Under the pieces are notes generated by a model. The model did no database searches, had not been told where the DNA came from, and worked only from the letters and a program-made list of their open reading frames with translations. A program made the position numbers and the translations under genes. 64,000 nucleotides of DNA from an uncultured cyanobacterium (GTDB taxonomy: Bacteria; Cyanobacteriota; Cyanobacteriia; Cyanobacteriales; Cyanobacteriaceae), in NCBI GenBank assembly GCA_963710605.1, contig CAVQBA010000006.1:544001-608000 (forward strand), in the 5' to 3' direction. Positions 22,017 to 33,438 of the stretch are shown in pieces; the first letter of the stretch is position 1, and every line of letters starts with the position of its first letter.

Positions 22017-22874
22017 GATTTTCGTAGCTTCAACCGTTCCCTACAAAATCTCGATCGTACTGATTCAGCTATTATTAGTCCGCATACTACCATCAGGCAT
22101 AATAGTTTCGTAAAAAATACAATCTTCAAAACTAGCACTTTCCCAACCTTTAGCCCCAGTCAAATCAGCTCTCGTCAGATTAGCCCCATCAAGACTACAT
22201 TCAATGTAGGTGTTAATAAGTTTAGCATCGGTCAAGTTAGCATCCCAAAAATAAGCACCACCCAAATCAGCACCCGTCAAGTCTGCTCCAGTAAGGTTAG
22301 CCCCTTGCAAACTACTTTGAGCCATGGAAACTTCTCTCAAGTTAGTAAAACTAAAATTAGTTTCATCCAAAGTCAATTCGGACAAATTAGCTCCGCTGAG
22401 GTTAGCACGGGTAAAATTACAACAGCAGATAGGGTTGACATCAAATTCGAACTCAGTCAAATTAATTCCACTAAGATCGACTTCAATCAGTTCTCCAAAC
22501 AGTTCTTCAATCCAAGAAAAATCTCGCTCCCCAGCAGCATATCTTCTGAGCAATTCTTCAACTTCCATAATTCAAATCCTCAAATAATAAACCAACTTAA
22601 TAATAAAGTAAATCGAATCTGGTCAACCCTTTTACCTCAAACCAACATCGACATCACCTATGAAATAAAAGACTTACCATCTGGACGACTAGCGGAAGCC
22701 ACTACTATCACAGGTTTTGACAAAAATATCATATATACTAACTTTAACGTCGGCTGTTGGGTTTCGCTTTTATTTTATCTATCGTGTGTATATTGGGTTT
22801 TTCGTAGCTTAACCCAACCTATAAAATCTCGATCGTACTATTCATACCCTAATACCTCATACTCACAACCATGA
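22017..22874 (+). other. Stop-free in-register antisense frame spanning pentapeptide gene 2
   Basis: Same frame as 21237-22016, separated from it only by TGA 22014-16; continues as DLPSGRLAEATTITGFD. Confidence 0.6.
22065..22568 (-). CDS. Pentapeptide-repeat protein, cassette 2 (diverged paralogue)
   Basis: Same N- and C-caps as cassette 1, with variable repeat coils. Confidence 0.9.
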   Translation of the reverse strand: MEVEELLRRYAAGERDFSWIEELFGELIEVDLSGINLTEFEFDVNPICCCNFTRANLSGANLSELTLDETNFSFTNLREVSMAQSSLQGANLTGADLTGADLGGAYFWDANLTDAKLINTYIECSLDGANLTRADLTGAKGWESASFEDCIFYETIMPDGSMRTNNS

Positions 22875-23113
22875 CTACCATAATTATAACCACGAAGTGT
22901 TGTTCCCCCCTTCTGTAAGGGGAGGGGCTGTCATCTGAATTTACTTCAGATGCTTGTAAGCCCCGTGGGCTAGGGGGGATCGTTATTCCGATCGTCTCGA
23001 CAAGTAGATCCCCCTAAATCCCCCTTGTTTAAGGGGGACTTGAAATACTTAATGGTGACTTTGCGATCGGTAATAACACCATCCCTAATTACAGAAAAGA
23101 AGTAAATTAATTA

Positions 23114-23920
23114 TCAATTCTTACCATAGCTAAACTCAAACACATCTTCAATTACATCAACCCAACCTTGGGCTAAAGAAGCAAGAATACGATCGCCTTT
23201 TTCTTTACTTGCTACTGTTGCATCCCCTAATACACCAGTTTTACTTAAATCTTTGGTAATCCACGCAAAAGGTAGTTTTCCTTCCATCGATAACAAACTA
23301 TCATCACCGACTAAATCACGAGGATATTCTTTAACTGCCAAATCCATATTTACTCGATCGGGCAACAAAGCTAACATTAAACTAGTTTCCGCATCTCCTG
23401 CATGAATTCCTAATTCTTGTTCTTTTTCAGTTAACAATTCATTAGTAATATTCGGCACTCTCCAAGTAAAGAAAGGAAATACCGCCAATTCAGAAAACTG
23501 TTGGTGTAAATCTCTAGCGACAATTTCAATTATCTGTGGTTGCCCACCATGAGAATTCATTAAAATTAATTTCCGAAATCCTGCTTGATAAATACTAGTA
23601 GCTATTTCTGTGAGTAAAGAAAGTAGAGTTGTCGCCGATAAACTAATCGTACCAGGGAAGCCATCGTGTTCGTTCGATTTACCACAATAAAGTGTTGGTA
23701 AAGCAAATGCTGGTATTGTTTCGTCTAATAAACCTAAAGCTTTACCTAAAACACCCTGACTAATAGCCGAATCTACTACTAAAGGTAAATGATGACCGTG
23801 TTGTTCGATCGCACCAATAGGTTGAATAATAACTGTATTTTCTTTATCGGGCATGGTTTGGATTTGTTGCCATGTCAAATAAGCGTAATAACGATCGGGA
23901 GGAATAAAACCGTGAATCAT
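23114..23920 (-). CDS. Creatininase-family amidohydrolase
   Basis: GAIEQHGHHLP, NSHGG, HAGDAETS. Confidence 0.9.
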   Translation of the reverse strand: MIHGFIPPDRYYAYLTWQQIQTMPDKENTVIIQPIGAIEQHGHHLPLVVDSAISQGVLGKALGLLDETIPAFALPTLYCGKSNEHDGFPGTISLSATTLLSLLTEIATSIYQAGFRKLILMNSHGGQPQIIEIVARDLHQQFSELAVFPFFTWRVPNITNELLTEKEQELGIHAGDAETSLMLALLPDRVNMDLAVKEYPRDLVGDDSLLSMEGKLPFAWITKDLSKTGVLGDATVASKEKGDRILASLAQGWVDVIEDVFEFSYGKN

Positions 23921-24167
23921 GATAGTTATGAGTTAAGAGTTAAGAGTTAAGAGTTAAGAGTTAATAATGATTAACTATCAACTTAAAAGTAATTAAATTC
24001 GTTTTTTCAAGCTAACTATAATGATTAAACGAAAATTAACAATGTAATAAAATTGGCTGTATTCTTTTGTATTTTAAAAGTTGTAAAATTTTTACTCTGA
24101 TAAAAACTCTATTTTTGATTTTTGATTTTGTTATATTAATATATGTTAAATCAGAGGCGTAATAACT

Positions 24168-24833
24168 GTGGGACTATCAAATCATTTTATCGGCGATGGT
24201 ACTCAACTGCAAAAACTTACTAGTGAAGTAGCCCAAGATGTTTTAAGGATGGGGGCGTTAGTAGAAGAGTCTTTTCGTTACTCTCATCAAGCGTTAGTGC
24301 TAGGTCAGTTAGAAGCTGTTAATATTATTAATAATAAAGAAGAAGAAATCGATCGTTATTATCGACAGATTGAAAATAAATGTGCCAGTATCCTCACATT
24401 ACAATCCCCTGTCGCTCAAGACTTAAGAATACTAAGTGCATTTATGCAGTTAGTCAGAGATTTAGAAAGAATCGGTGATTATGCCCAAGATTTAGGAGAA
24501 ATAGCTTTAAAACTAATTGTCTATCCTTCTCATTCTTGTATGCCAGAATTAGCCCTAATGTCTAAACAAGCTCAAATGATGCTAGCTCAAGCAATGGTAG
24601 CATTAAGTGAATTAGATGGTGACGCAGGAGCAAGAATACATCAGCTTGACGATGTTGTCGATTCTGCTTACGAAAAACTGTACAATATTCTTGCTTATCA
24701 AAAAGACATTAAAGGACTTGCTGAGCCAACTATCTTACTCGCCTTAGCCATTAGACATATAGAAAGAATGGCAGATCATGCTACTAATATAGCCTATCGT
24801 GTTTCTTATATTGTTACAGGAGAACGAAAGTAG
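24168..24833 (+). CDS. phoU: Phosphate signalling protein PhoU
   Basis: PVAQDLR, DLERIGD, ERMADHATNIA. Confidence 0.94.
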   Translation: MGLSNHFIGDGTQLQKLTSEVAQDVLRMGALVEESFRYSHQALVLGQLEAVNIINNKEEEIDRYYRQIENKCASILTLQSPVAQDLRILSAFMQLVRDLERIGDYAQDLGEIALKLIVYPSHSCMPELALMSKQAQMMLAQAMVALSELDGDAGARIHQLDDVVDSAYEKLYNILAYQKDIKGLAEPTILLALAIRHIERMADHATNIAYRVSYIVTGERK

Positions 24834-24976
24834 AAGGTAAGAAATGGCAGGGGCAAAGGGCAAAGGGCAAAGAAGTTAGGTTTCCTTTTTTTAAGACAAG
24901 GATGAAAATGATGACTCAACCCGACCTGAAAAAGAAATTGACAAGACGACAATTGATAATTAACAATTAGTAATTT

Positions 24977-25016
24977 AACTATCAACTATCAACTATCAAC
25001 TATCAACTATCAACTA
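24977..25016. repeat. Heptamer tandem repeat (AACTATC)n
   Basis: Read directly; other short heptamer runs near 2400, 7062, 8724, 23930, 24850, 51054 and 63380. Confidence 0.85.
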
Positions 25017-25021
25017 AAAAA

Positions 25022-26014
25022 CTATTTCTTCATCCAGCTAAACATAGAGCGTAAATCTTTACCGACTTCTTCGATCGTTAATTCTGATTCACGACGACGC
25101 ATAGCGGTAAAACCGGGTTTTCCTGCTTGGTTTTCTAAGACAAATTCACGAGCAAATTGCCCTGATTGAATTTCTGAAAGAATTTTTTTCATTTCAGCAC
25201 GAGTCTCATCGGTAACCACTCTTGGTCCTCTGGTATAATCACCATATTCAGCAGTAGTCGAAATACTATCACGCATTTTTTCTAAACCACCTTCAACGAT
25301 TAAATCAACGATTAATTTAACTTCGTGTAAACATTCAAAATAAGCTAATTCAGGTTGATAACCAGCATCGACAAGGGTTTTAAATCCTGCTTTAATCAAT
25401 TCTGACAAACCACCACATAATACTGCTTGTTCGCCGAATAAGTCAGTTTCGGTTTCTTCTCTAAAAGATGTCTCTAAGATACCACCACGAGTACCACCAA
25501 TACCTTTAGCATAAGCCATAGCAAGATCACGTGCTTTACCTGAAGCGTCTTGATACACAGCGAATAATGCGGGTACACCTTGATCTTGTTGATAGGTACG
25601 TCTAACTAAATGACCAGGTCCTTTTGGTGCTACCATGACAACATCAATATCGTCAGGAGGTACAATTTGACCAAAATGAATATTAAAACCATGTGCAAAA
25701 GATAATACTTTTCCTGCACTCAAGTTAGGTAAGATTTCATTTTCATAGACAGTACGTTGTACTTCATCAGGTAATAAAATCATGATCCAATCAGCCTCAG
25801 CACAAGCATCACTAACAGTTTTTACGGTTAAACCTTCACCTTCTGCGATACTTTTCGATTTACTGCCTTCGTAAAGCCCGACAATAACTTTAAGACCACT
25901 TTCTTTGAGGTTTAGTGCGTGAGCGTGTCCTTGCGAACCATATCCAATAACTGCAACGGTTTTATTGCTAATAAGATCTAGATTAGCGTCATTATCATAA
26001 TACATCTGAGCCAT
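25022..26014 (-). CDS. ilvC: Ketol-acid reductoisomerase
   Basis: [29 protein letters not shown]. Confidence 0.97.
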   Translation of the reverse strand: MAQMYYDNDANLDLISNKTVAVIGYGSQGHAHALNLKESGLKVIVGLYEGSKSKSIAEGEGLTVKTVSDACAEADWIMILLPDEVQRTVYENEILPNLSAGKVLSFAHGFNIHFGQIVPPDDIDVVMVAPKGPGHLVRRTYQQDQGVPALFAVYQDASGKARDLAMAYAKGIGGTRGGILETSFREETETDLFGEQAVLCGGLSELIKAGFKTLVDAGYQPELAYFECLHEVKLIVDLIVEGGLEKMRDSISTTAEYGDYTRGPRVVTDETRAEMKKILSEIQSGQFAREFVLENQAGKPGFTAMRRRESELTIEEVGKDLRSMFSWMKK

Positions 26015-26239
26015 GATAATTTTCCTCTATTATAAAAATTTAGTTTAATGACCAATCTACTATTCTATCTGAAGAAAGAGTCTTTGACGAGTTTTTTTTG
26101 CTAGAGATTGCACAATATTAATGATAGTTGTTTATCGGGAAATAAAAGGATTGGATTGGAGAGATGAAGTAATATGATTGTTAGTGAGGATAAACAATCG
26201 ATCGTTTTTTTCATTACTATAGACTCAATTAGGCATTTT

Positions 26240-26499
26240 ACTTTCTACTGAGCAATTGAAAGATTTACCACAATTTTTGGATGAAGATATTACCCGCTTT
26301 CGATCGTACTTGTCATCAAATATCTAATATCGAAACAGATGTTAAAGCAAATAAAGCAACAGCCACCGCTGATGTTGTCGCTAACCATTATCTAGATGAT
26401 TTATTTTGGCAGATTGTCGATGGCAAAATAGAATTATTTAGAGAATACTACGATCCGATCGTCTTTCAAAATGCTTTCGGTTTAACAAATAATAAGTAA
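26240..26499 (+). pseudogene. Chimeric remnant of SnoaL/NTF2-like genes
   Basis: LPAFDRTCHQISN...ANHYL joined to VDGKIELFREYYDP; no intact N-terminus. Confidence 0.5.
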
Positions 26500-26580
26500 C
26501 ATAATCCAACTAACACTAAATTTAAGAAATACGGTAACAAATCAATTTATCTACTCCTCGTGTTTCTCCCCTTAAAAGGG

Positions 26581-26745
26581 CAGGGCTGTTTCATGTCTTA
26601 TTTTTGTAATTTCTACAACGCCAGAAATATCAGTAAATTTAGCCATTTTTTTCTAATAATAAAAAGACAATGTGATCAAATCACTCGATCGTATAGTAAT
26701 AATAGCAGATAGCTATTTTCTTCTTCTGAGAATGAATCAGCCCTG
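26581..26745. mobile_element. ISAs1-family MITE (165 bp)
   Basis: Terminal inverted repeats CAGGGCTGTTTCAT / ATGAATCAGCCCTG resemble those of the adjacent IS. Confidence 0.85.
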
Positions 26746-26756
26746 CTTTATAAAGG

Positions 26757-27970
26757 CAGGGCTGTTTCATTCTAGACAGTAAAAAAGATTGGAAAGCCTT
26801 GCTGATAGCCACCTACGCCCTTTTGTTATTGAGGTAAAATTTAATAGTCTAAAAAGATTAATCCCGATAGTTTTTAATACCGATATATTTGAGGCGGCAT
26901 TTTTATTTTTAATTAATGATCGATCTTCTTCCATGACTACATCTTTTACCCAGTGTAGTTGATTTTCTATTTTCCAATGTCCTTGTATTTTTTCTAAAAC
27001 ACTTTCGGCTTTTTCTTTTTTACTACTAATATAATAAACTATTTGTTCATATTTTTTCTTTCCTCTTATTCCCTTTCTTTCTACTTTTATTAAACTTTTC
27101 ACCTTACTAAATTTATTAACGATCGTATCAGCTTGATTTTCTTGATTTTCCCAAACAGATACTTTTCTTTCTATTTTTCTTCCATGACTTTTATCAAAGG
27201 TAATAGCTTGGTCAAAACTCTTTTCTGTTTTACTTATATTTTCTAAATATTTATATAATGAACGTTGATTTTTTTTGACAGTAATTAGATAATCATTACC
27301 TTTTTCTATTATTTTTTTAGTCGTCTCTTTTTGGCAATGAAGTGCATCCAAGCTCAAAACTGAATTACGTATATTCGTTGTTTCTATTAGCTTCTGAGTT
27401 TTTTTAATCTCGGAACTTTTCTTATTTTCATAATCTTGTATTTTTAAAACTAAGCCAGTTTCTTGACAAAATAAAGAGATAAACACTAAAAAATTTTGCT
27501 GATAATTAAAAGTATTAGTTAATGTATTTCTGAGAGTTTTACCATCAATAGAGTAGAAATTATTTTGCTCACTATCTAAAATTAGTGACTCTGCCCATTG
27601 ATTAAAAACAGAGATTAAATTACTGGTATCTAAAGAGTTCATTACTCTTCTAATAGTAGAATAAGATGGCATTTTTGAATAACTAACTTTCAAAAGATTA
27701 TATAATTGTTTTTGATAAAAACAAGTAAAATCTCCCAAGGCACGATAACTATGAAAACCTAACATATTTCCTAATATAACTATGGTTAAAATAACCCATA
27801 GCTCATGTCTTTTCCCCTTATTTTGTCGATAATCTTTGACAGATTTTAGTTTAAGTATTAGACTGTTAATCATTATTTTTAGACTTTTGAGTAATAGCGA
27901 ACGATCGATTTAATTTTATCTTGATTGAACGCTATTTTTATTTCAAAAATTTAAGAATGAAACAGCCCTG
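26757..27970 (-). mobile_element. ISAs1-family insertion sequence
   Basis: TIR CAGGGCTGTTTCATTCT at both ends; direct repeat CTTTATAAAGG at 26746-56 and 27971-81. Confidence 0.93.
26767..27873 (-). CDS. ISAs1-family DDE transposase
   Basis: IDGKTLR, DALHCQ, VKKNQ, HWKIENQLHWVKDV. Confidence 0.95.
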   Translation of the reverse strand: MINSLILKLKSVKDYRQNKGKRHELWVILTIVILGNMLGFHSYRALGDFTCFYQKQLYNLLKVSYSKMPSYSTIRRVMNSLDTSNLISVFNQWAESLILDSEQNNFYSIDGKTLRNTLTNTFNYQQNFLVFISLFCQETGLVLKIQDYENKKSSEIKKTQKLIETTNIRNSVLSLDALHCQKETTKKIIEKGNDYLITVKKNQRSLYKYLENISKTEKSFDQAITFDKSHGRKIERKVSVWENQENQADTIVNKFSKVKSLIKVERKGIRGKKKYEQIVYYISSKKEKAESVLEKIQGHWKIENQLHWVKDVVMEEDRSLIKNKNAASNISVLKTIGINLFRLLNFTSITKGRRWLSARLSNLFYCLE

Positions 27971-28386
27971 CTTTATAAAGGGGGATGAGCGGGGGATCGA
28001 TATATACTTCGTAACACTAATAATTGCTATATACTGTTTTTCTTCCTTGCAAAAGTTGTCAGTTAAAATTGAACACCATCTAATTCAAAACTATTAACTC
28101 TTCAGCGTAAAGATATTAACTACTAAGATAAACGGAGAGATGAGCCTTAGTATAAAAGATTGTGGTGAGTAATATTCAAAGTTTGAAGTTTATATATTCT
28201 TCAAAAACAAAAACAAAAATAAATGATAAATAACGATCGTTGATTAATAAACTAATAATAAATAAGTAATAATCGTAACTGCCGAGGGAAAAAATTAGTT
28301 ATGACCTTAAACATAGCATTCTATAGATGAAAGAAGATAAAGTAAAAATATACACAAACTTATTCTCTAAGTAATTTATTAATAAT

Positions 28387-29910
28387 ATGTTTAATTGGTT
28401 TCGCCGTAAAAAAGAAAATAAAGAAGAAGAAAAAAACACTACCCCAGTAGTAGAAACTCAACCACAAGTAAAAGAAGAAGTAGTAGAAAAAACTAGTTCT
28501 ACCGATACTGTCGATAACCAAAAAGCTTTAGAATGGGCAAAGGCGGCAGCACTTAATATTAAAAAGCAAAAAGAACAACAAGCAACTAGTAGCCAACAAA
28601 CTACACAATCAATAACAGTTGAAGAATCTTCACCCTCATTACAAGCTCAAACTGATATAAAAGAACCAGCAGAAGAGACATTGTCAACAGAAAATGCAGT
28701 TGTAGAAGAGCAAGAGGAAAAAGTAGTTGAGACACAAGAGCAAAAAGAAGAAAATCAACAAGTTGAAAAACAAAAGCAAGAGCAAGAGCAAGAGCAAGAA
28801 GTAGTAGTAGCACAAACAAAAAAAACACCTGCTTGGATGCAAAAATCCGATCGATTAGAAGTATTAAAAGAAACTGCGATCGAAGAAGAGGTACAAGAAG
28901 AAGAGTTAGACGAAGACTTTGTTTGGTCGGCTAAAATACTAGCAGAGCAAGGAAGAAGCCCTGATGATGTTTCTGAGCAAGAATTTGCTTGGCTTAAAAA
29001 ATTACGTCAAGGTTTGGGTAAAACACGAATTAATGTCGTTAATCAATTAAAATCAGTTTTAGGACAAGGTCCTTTAAATGCTAATGCAGTTGAAGAAATT
29101 GAAGGTTTACTTTTAAGTGCCGATGTGGGTATAGAAGCGACTGATTATATTATTGAGACTTTACAAAATAAACTCAAAGAAGAAGCCTTACCTCCGAATG
29201 AAGCGATCGCTTATCTTAAACAAATTATCCAAAACTTATTAGACGAACCTCTCAAACAAGTTAAAAAACAGGGATTTGAACCTGAACCTGAAAAACTAAA
29301 CATTTGGTTACTCACCGGAGTTAATGGTGTCGGTAAAACAACCACGATCGGTAAACTTGCTCATCTAGCCCAAACATCTGGTTATCAATGTGTTATCGCC
29401 GCCGCTGATACTTTTCGTGCCGCCGCCGTTGAACAAGTTAAAGTTTGGGGAGAAAGAACGAATACCACCGTTATTTCTAACCAAGGAAAAAATACTGACC
29501 CCGCCGCTGTAGTCTTTGATGCTATTACTTCTGCTCAATCTAAAAATGCCGATATTTTGTTAGTTGATACCGCAGGAAGATTACAAAATAAAAAAAATCT
29601 AATGGCAGAATTATCTAAAATAAGACGAATTATTGATAAAAAAGCTGAAAACTCTCATATTGAGTCATTACTAGTGTTAGATGCCACTTTAGGACAAAAT
29701 GGACTCAGACAAGCTCAAGTTTTTGCTGAAGCCGCCCAACTGACAGGAGTGATTTTAACTAAATTAGACGGTACTGCTAAAGGAGGAGTTGCCCTCGCTA
29801 TTTCTCAACAACTTAATTTACCGATTCGTTTTATTGGTGCAGGAGAAGGAATAGAAGATTTACGTCCTTTTTCTAGTTATGAATTTGTCGAGGCGTTGTT
29901 GTCTAATTAA
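28387..29910 (+). CDS. ftsY: SRP receptor FtsY with a long acidic N-terminus
   Basis: GVNGVGKTTT, DTFRAAA, DTAGR, TKLDGTAKGG. Confidence 0.96.
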   Translation: MFNWFRRKKENKEEEKNTTPVVETQPQVKEEVVEKTSSTDTVDNQKALEWAKAAALNIKKQKEQQATSSQQTTQSITVEESSPSLQAQTDIKEPAEETLSTENAVVEEQEEKVVETQEQKEENQQVEKQKQEQEQEQEVVVAQTKKTPAWMQKSDRLEVLKETAIEEEVQEEELDEDFVWSAKILAEQGRSPDDVSEQEFAWLKKLRQGLGKTRINVVNQLKSVLGQGPLNANAVEEIEGLLLSADVGIEATDYIIETLQNKLKEEALPPNEAIAYLKQIIQNLLDEPLKQVKKQGFEPEPEKLNIWLLTGVNGVGKTTTIGKLAHLAQTSGYQCVIAAADTFRAAAVEQVKVWGERTNTTVISNQGKNTDPAAVVFDAITSAQSKNADILLVDTAGRLQNKKNLMAELSKIRRIIDKKAENSHIESLLVLDATLGQNGLRQAQVFAEAAQLTGVILTKLDGTAKGGVALAISQQLNLPIRFIGAGEGIEDLRPFSSYEFVEALLSN

Positions 29911-30244
29911 ATCGTTACCAATAATTATCATAATCTAAGGGCTTAGCCTGCACTAAGCCCCTACTAATATTTTTGTCTTCTTACGATTGGTTTTACCAAA
30001 TTAAAAGATAAATATTAATATTGCCTAACAAGAAACTATAGTTAGTTTGAGAGTCAAAATTATTGAATAATCTTCTTCAATACAATCAATAAAAAGCCGA
30101 AGCTAAAAAAAGTAACTAAATTTGAGCTACGATAATTAAGATTGTGGGAAATTGATATTTGTGATTATCAAATCTTTTATAAAAAATTGTTTCTCCTGAA
30201 AACTAATAGGAGAAAGTAATTAAATAATTTTATTACATAACAAA

Positions 30245-31307
30245 ATGCTTAATACTGAATCGATTCTTGAAGTTTTAAAACCAGTACAAGACCCAGAATT
30301 ACAAAAAAGTTTAGTTGAACTTAATATGATTCGTAACGTAGAAGTAGAAGACGGTAAGGTTAGTTTTACCCTTGTGCTTACTACTCCTGCTTGCCCATTA
30401 AGAGAGTTTATCGTTGAAGATTGCGAAAAGGCAGTCAAAACTTTAGATGGTGTTAAATCAGTTGAAGTAGAAGTAACTGCCGAAACTCCTGCACAACAAC
30501 CCTTACCCGATCGGCAATCTGTTGGTCAAGTGAAAAATATTATTGCTATATCTAGTGGTAAAGGTGGTGTAGGTAAAAGTACGATTTCTGTTAATGTCGC
30601 CGTTGCCCTCGCTCAAACAGGTGCAAAAGTCGGTTTGTTAGATGCTGATATTTATGGTCCGTAATGTGCCAACTATGCTAGGACTTAGTGATATACCGAT
30701 CGATGTCGAGAAAAGTCCAGACGGCGATATATTGCAACCTGCGTTTAATCATGGAGTCAAGATGGTATCAATGGGTTTTTTGATCGATCCAGATCAACCA
30801 GTTATGTGGCGTGGTCCAATGTTAAATAGTATGATTAGACAATTCCTCTACCAAGTAAATTGGGGTGAATTAGACTATCTTATCGTTGATATGCCCCCTG
30901 GTACTGGAGATGCTCAACTAACCTTAGGGCAAGCTGTGCCTTTAGCTGGGGCGGTAATTGTGACGACTCCTCAGACTGTTTCTTTACAAGATGCTCGTCG
31001 AGGTTTAAAAATGTTCGAGCAATTGGGAACTAAGATTTTGGGTATTATTGAAAACATGAGTTATTTTATTCCCCCAGATTTAGACGATCGTACTTATGAT
31101 CTATTTGGTTCGGGTGGAGGAGAAAAGACATCAAAAGAATTAGGTATTCCTTTACTCGGTTGTGTACCTTTAGAAATTGCTTTACGTGAAGGAGGAGATA
31201 AAGGTATTCCGATTACAGTATCAAATCCAGAATCAGCTTCAGCAGTCGCTTTAACTAATATTGCTAAACAGATTGCGGGCAAAGTTTCGATCGCTGCATT
31301 GACATAA
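30245..31307 (+). CDS. mrp: Mrp/ApbC Fe-S cluster carrier ATPase, frameshift at 30661
   Basis: [15 protein letters not shown][G][21 protein letters not shown]. Confidence 0.92.
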
Positions 31308-31339
31308 TAATTTGTAGGGGTGCAAGGCTTGCACCCTTA

Positions 31340-31503
31340 ATATAGCAAGGAATGATTTGATTAGGGCACTCATCGAATAATGTGATAACCGCAGAGTACG
31401 CAGAGTACGCAGAGTAAACACCGAGAATTGACTGGTTTGATTCTAAAGTTTCCGAAAAAGAAAGAGAAGGAGTATTTGTCCTAACTATCTCGTTTTGTGC
31501 TAA
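31340..31503. repeat. MITE-like dispersed repeat with a (CGCAGAGTA)x3 core; partial reverse homologue near 12716-12800
   Basis: TATAGC...TGTCCTAA ends; internal similarity to the 12.7-kb stretch. Confidence 0.5.
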
Positions 31504-31731
31504 GTAGGTAAGTAGAATTAATTGTGTGTTTTGATAATTATTTCACATTAATGAAACTATTACTGAATAACGGGTGTAAACCTTGCACCCCTACAAAAGA
31601 ATATTCAAATTATTTTACACAGGTACTTATATTGATATTTTTCTTTTTTACAAGAGAAGAAAGAGAAAATCGTTGAGAGAATATCCACCAATACAGCCTT
31701 GTACCCTCAACGTTAACACTAAATCATTATT

Positions 31732-33274
31732 TTATAAATTCGGCACAGTTAACGACGAATCTTGTTGTTTATCTTTTTGGGGAAAAATTCGTAAAGGAAT
31801 TTCTTGCTTATCTTGAGGCAAACCCCAATATTGTTCTAGAGTTGGACCATTTTTGACTCGTTTGTCACGAAAAAAGAAGGTACTCCACTCATGAAACAAT
31901 ACTCTTTTACCCATCCGAGTAAACCAATTCATACCATGTCGAGAAGCTTTATCTGGTTGTAAAAACGATCGCCACAACGCTTTTGGTCGAGCTTGTAGTA
32001 CCAATTCAATAAATTTCACCCACAAAAATATACGCCAAGGAGACATATTAACAGTTTTGAGAACTTGATGTTTATAATCCCAAAGACGTTGGTCTAATTG
32101 AACTATTTGTCTTTGTGAAGCCTGGCGATAATAACCTGTCCATCTGTGAGGGGTAACATACAAACTCATCAGTTGATCTGGATCGTACCAGAGTAATTGT
32201 TTTAAAGAACGAATAAAATCTCGATCTGTTACTTCTTCAAAATCAGCTACCCATGTTGCTAAAGAAAGAATACCATGTTTTCTTAACAAACGAATAGCTT
32301 CTCGATCGGTTTGAGTTGCTCCTCCTTTTTTGATTTTTGCTAAAGTCTCTTCGTCAGTATTCTCTATTCCTAATAAAAATCTTTCTATACCAGCTTTGCG
32401 ATATAAATGTAAAATATCCGCATCACGGACTATATCATCGGCACGAGTTGAACCGATAATTGTAATATCAATGTTTTCGGCAATAATCGCTTCGCAAAGT
32501 TGGATCCACAAAGCTTTATTAACGGTCGGATTCTCATCAGCTAAATTAATTAACTCAACCCCGTGAGTACGATGTAACCAAGCAATCTCTTTAGCAAATT
32601 TCTGCGGATTGCGATGTCGCCACATTGCCCAAAAGCCACGTTGACCGCAATAATTACATTTATGAGGACAACCTCTAGAAAACTGCATCACGACTGCTTG
32701 TTTGCCACCATAATAACTATAGCGTTTAGGATCAATTAATTCCCAACCAACACGATAATCATCCAAATTTCTAATCATCGGTGCAGGAGGTGTTTCAACT
32801 ATTTTGCCCTGATGACGAAAAGCAATACCTTCTATTTTACTCAAGTCATCATTAGCCTCGATCGCATTTACTAACTTAGTGACAGTTTCTTCTCCTTCTC
32901 CTCTGACGGTTATATCTATTTGTGGTTCGTGTTTGAGTATATCGAGATAATAATAAGTAGGGAAAACACCGCCATAAATAATTTTTAATTCGGGTAATTG
33001 TTCACGGAAACTACGGGTTAATTCCACCACAATCGGATGAGCAGATGTTGAACCAGAATGACCAACAATTAAAATTTCTGGATTATGATCAACTACTTGT
33101 TCGATAATTTTGGTATGAGGAAGAGGACCAAATTCAGCATCAAGAAGTGTCACGTCATGTCCTGCATCGATTAATCGGTCCTCCCACACAAAGAAGCCCC
33201 AGTGGTGGTAATTGTTCTTGAGGAATACGACTACCGATAGCAGGATGCGGTGGATTGAGGATGAGAATACGCAT
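31732..33274 (-). CDS. B12-binding radical SAM enzyme (BchE-like), frameshift near 33176
   Basis: True N-terminus MRILILNPPHPAIGSRIPQEQLPPLGLLCVGG lies in another frame; GGVFPT, RGEGE, SRGCPHKCNYC (CxxxCxxC). Confidence 0.85.
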
Positions 33275-33438
33275 AGCGATATTTTTCCTTTTGAAGTAGG
33301 GGAAAACTAATCAGGAAATTAATTTACTCTCAAATTAGCACATACCTCAAAATACGACAGCGATCGTCAAGTTTTATGTAATTTTTCTTAACAGAAGTAA
33401 TTTAATAAATTAAATAGTTATCATCTGTAAAAATAGCC

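Larger units (their letters stand above)
21195..22832. repeat. Tandem 780-bp cassette duplication delimited by three REP-like units (starting 21195, 21975, 22755)
   Basis: TGTTGGGTTTCGCTTT...CCTA units recur at exactly 780-bp spacing, each followed by CTCGATCG. Confidence 0.9.

Noticed and set aside
21195-22832. Integron attC array or diversity-generating retroelement
   Set aside because: No integrase or reverse transcriptase in the window, the boundaries are REP-like, and the differences are not adenine-specific.
23960-24055. Pho box upstream of phoU
   Set aside because: TTAA units are present, but spacing and consensus are too weak in such AT-rich DNA.
28770-28800. CAAGAG repeat in ftsY as a contingency locus
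   Set aside because: A short in-frame hexamer within the low-complexity acidic domain.
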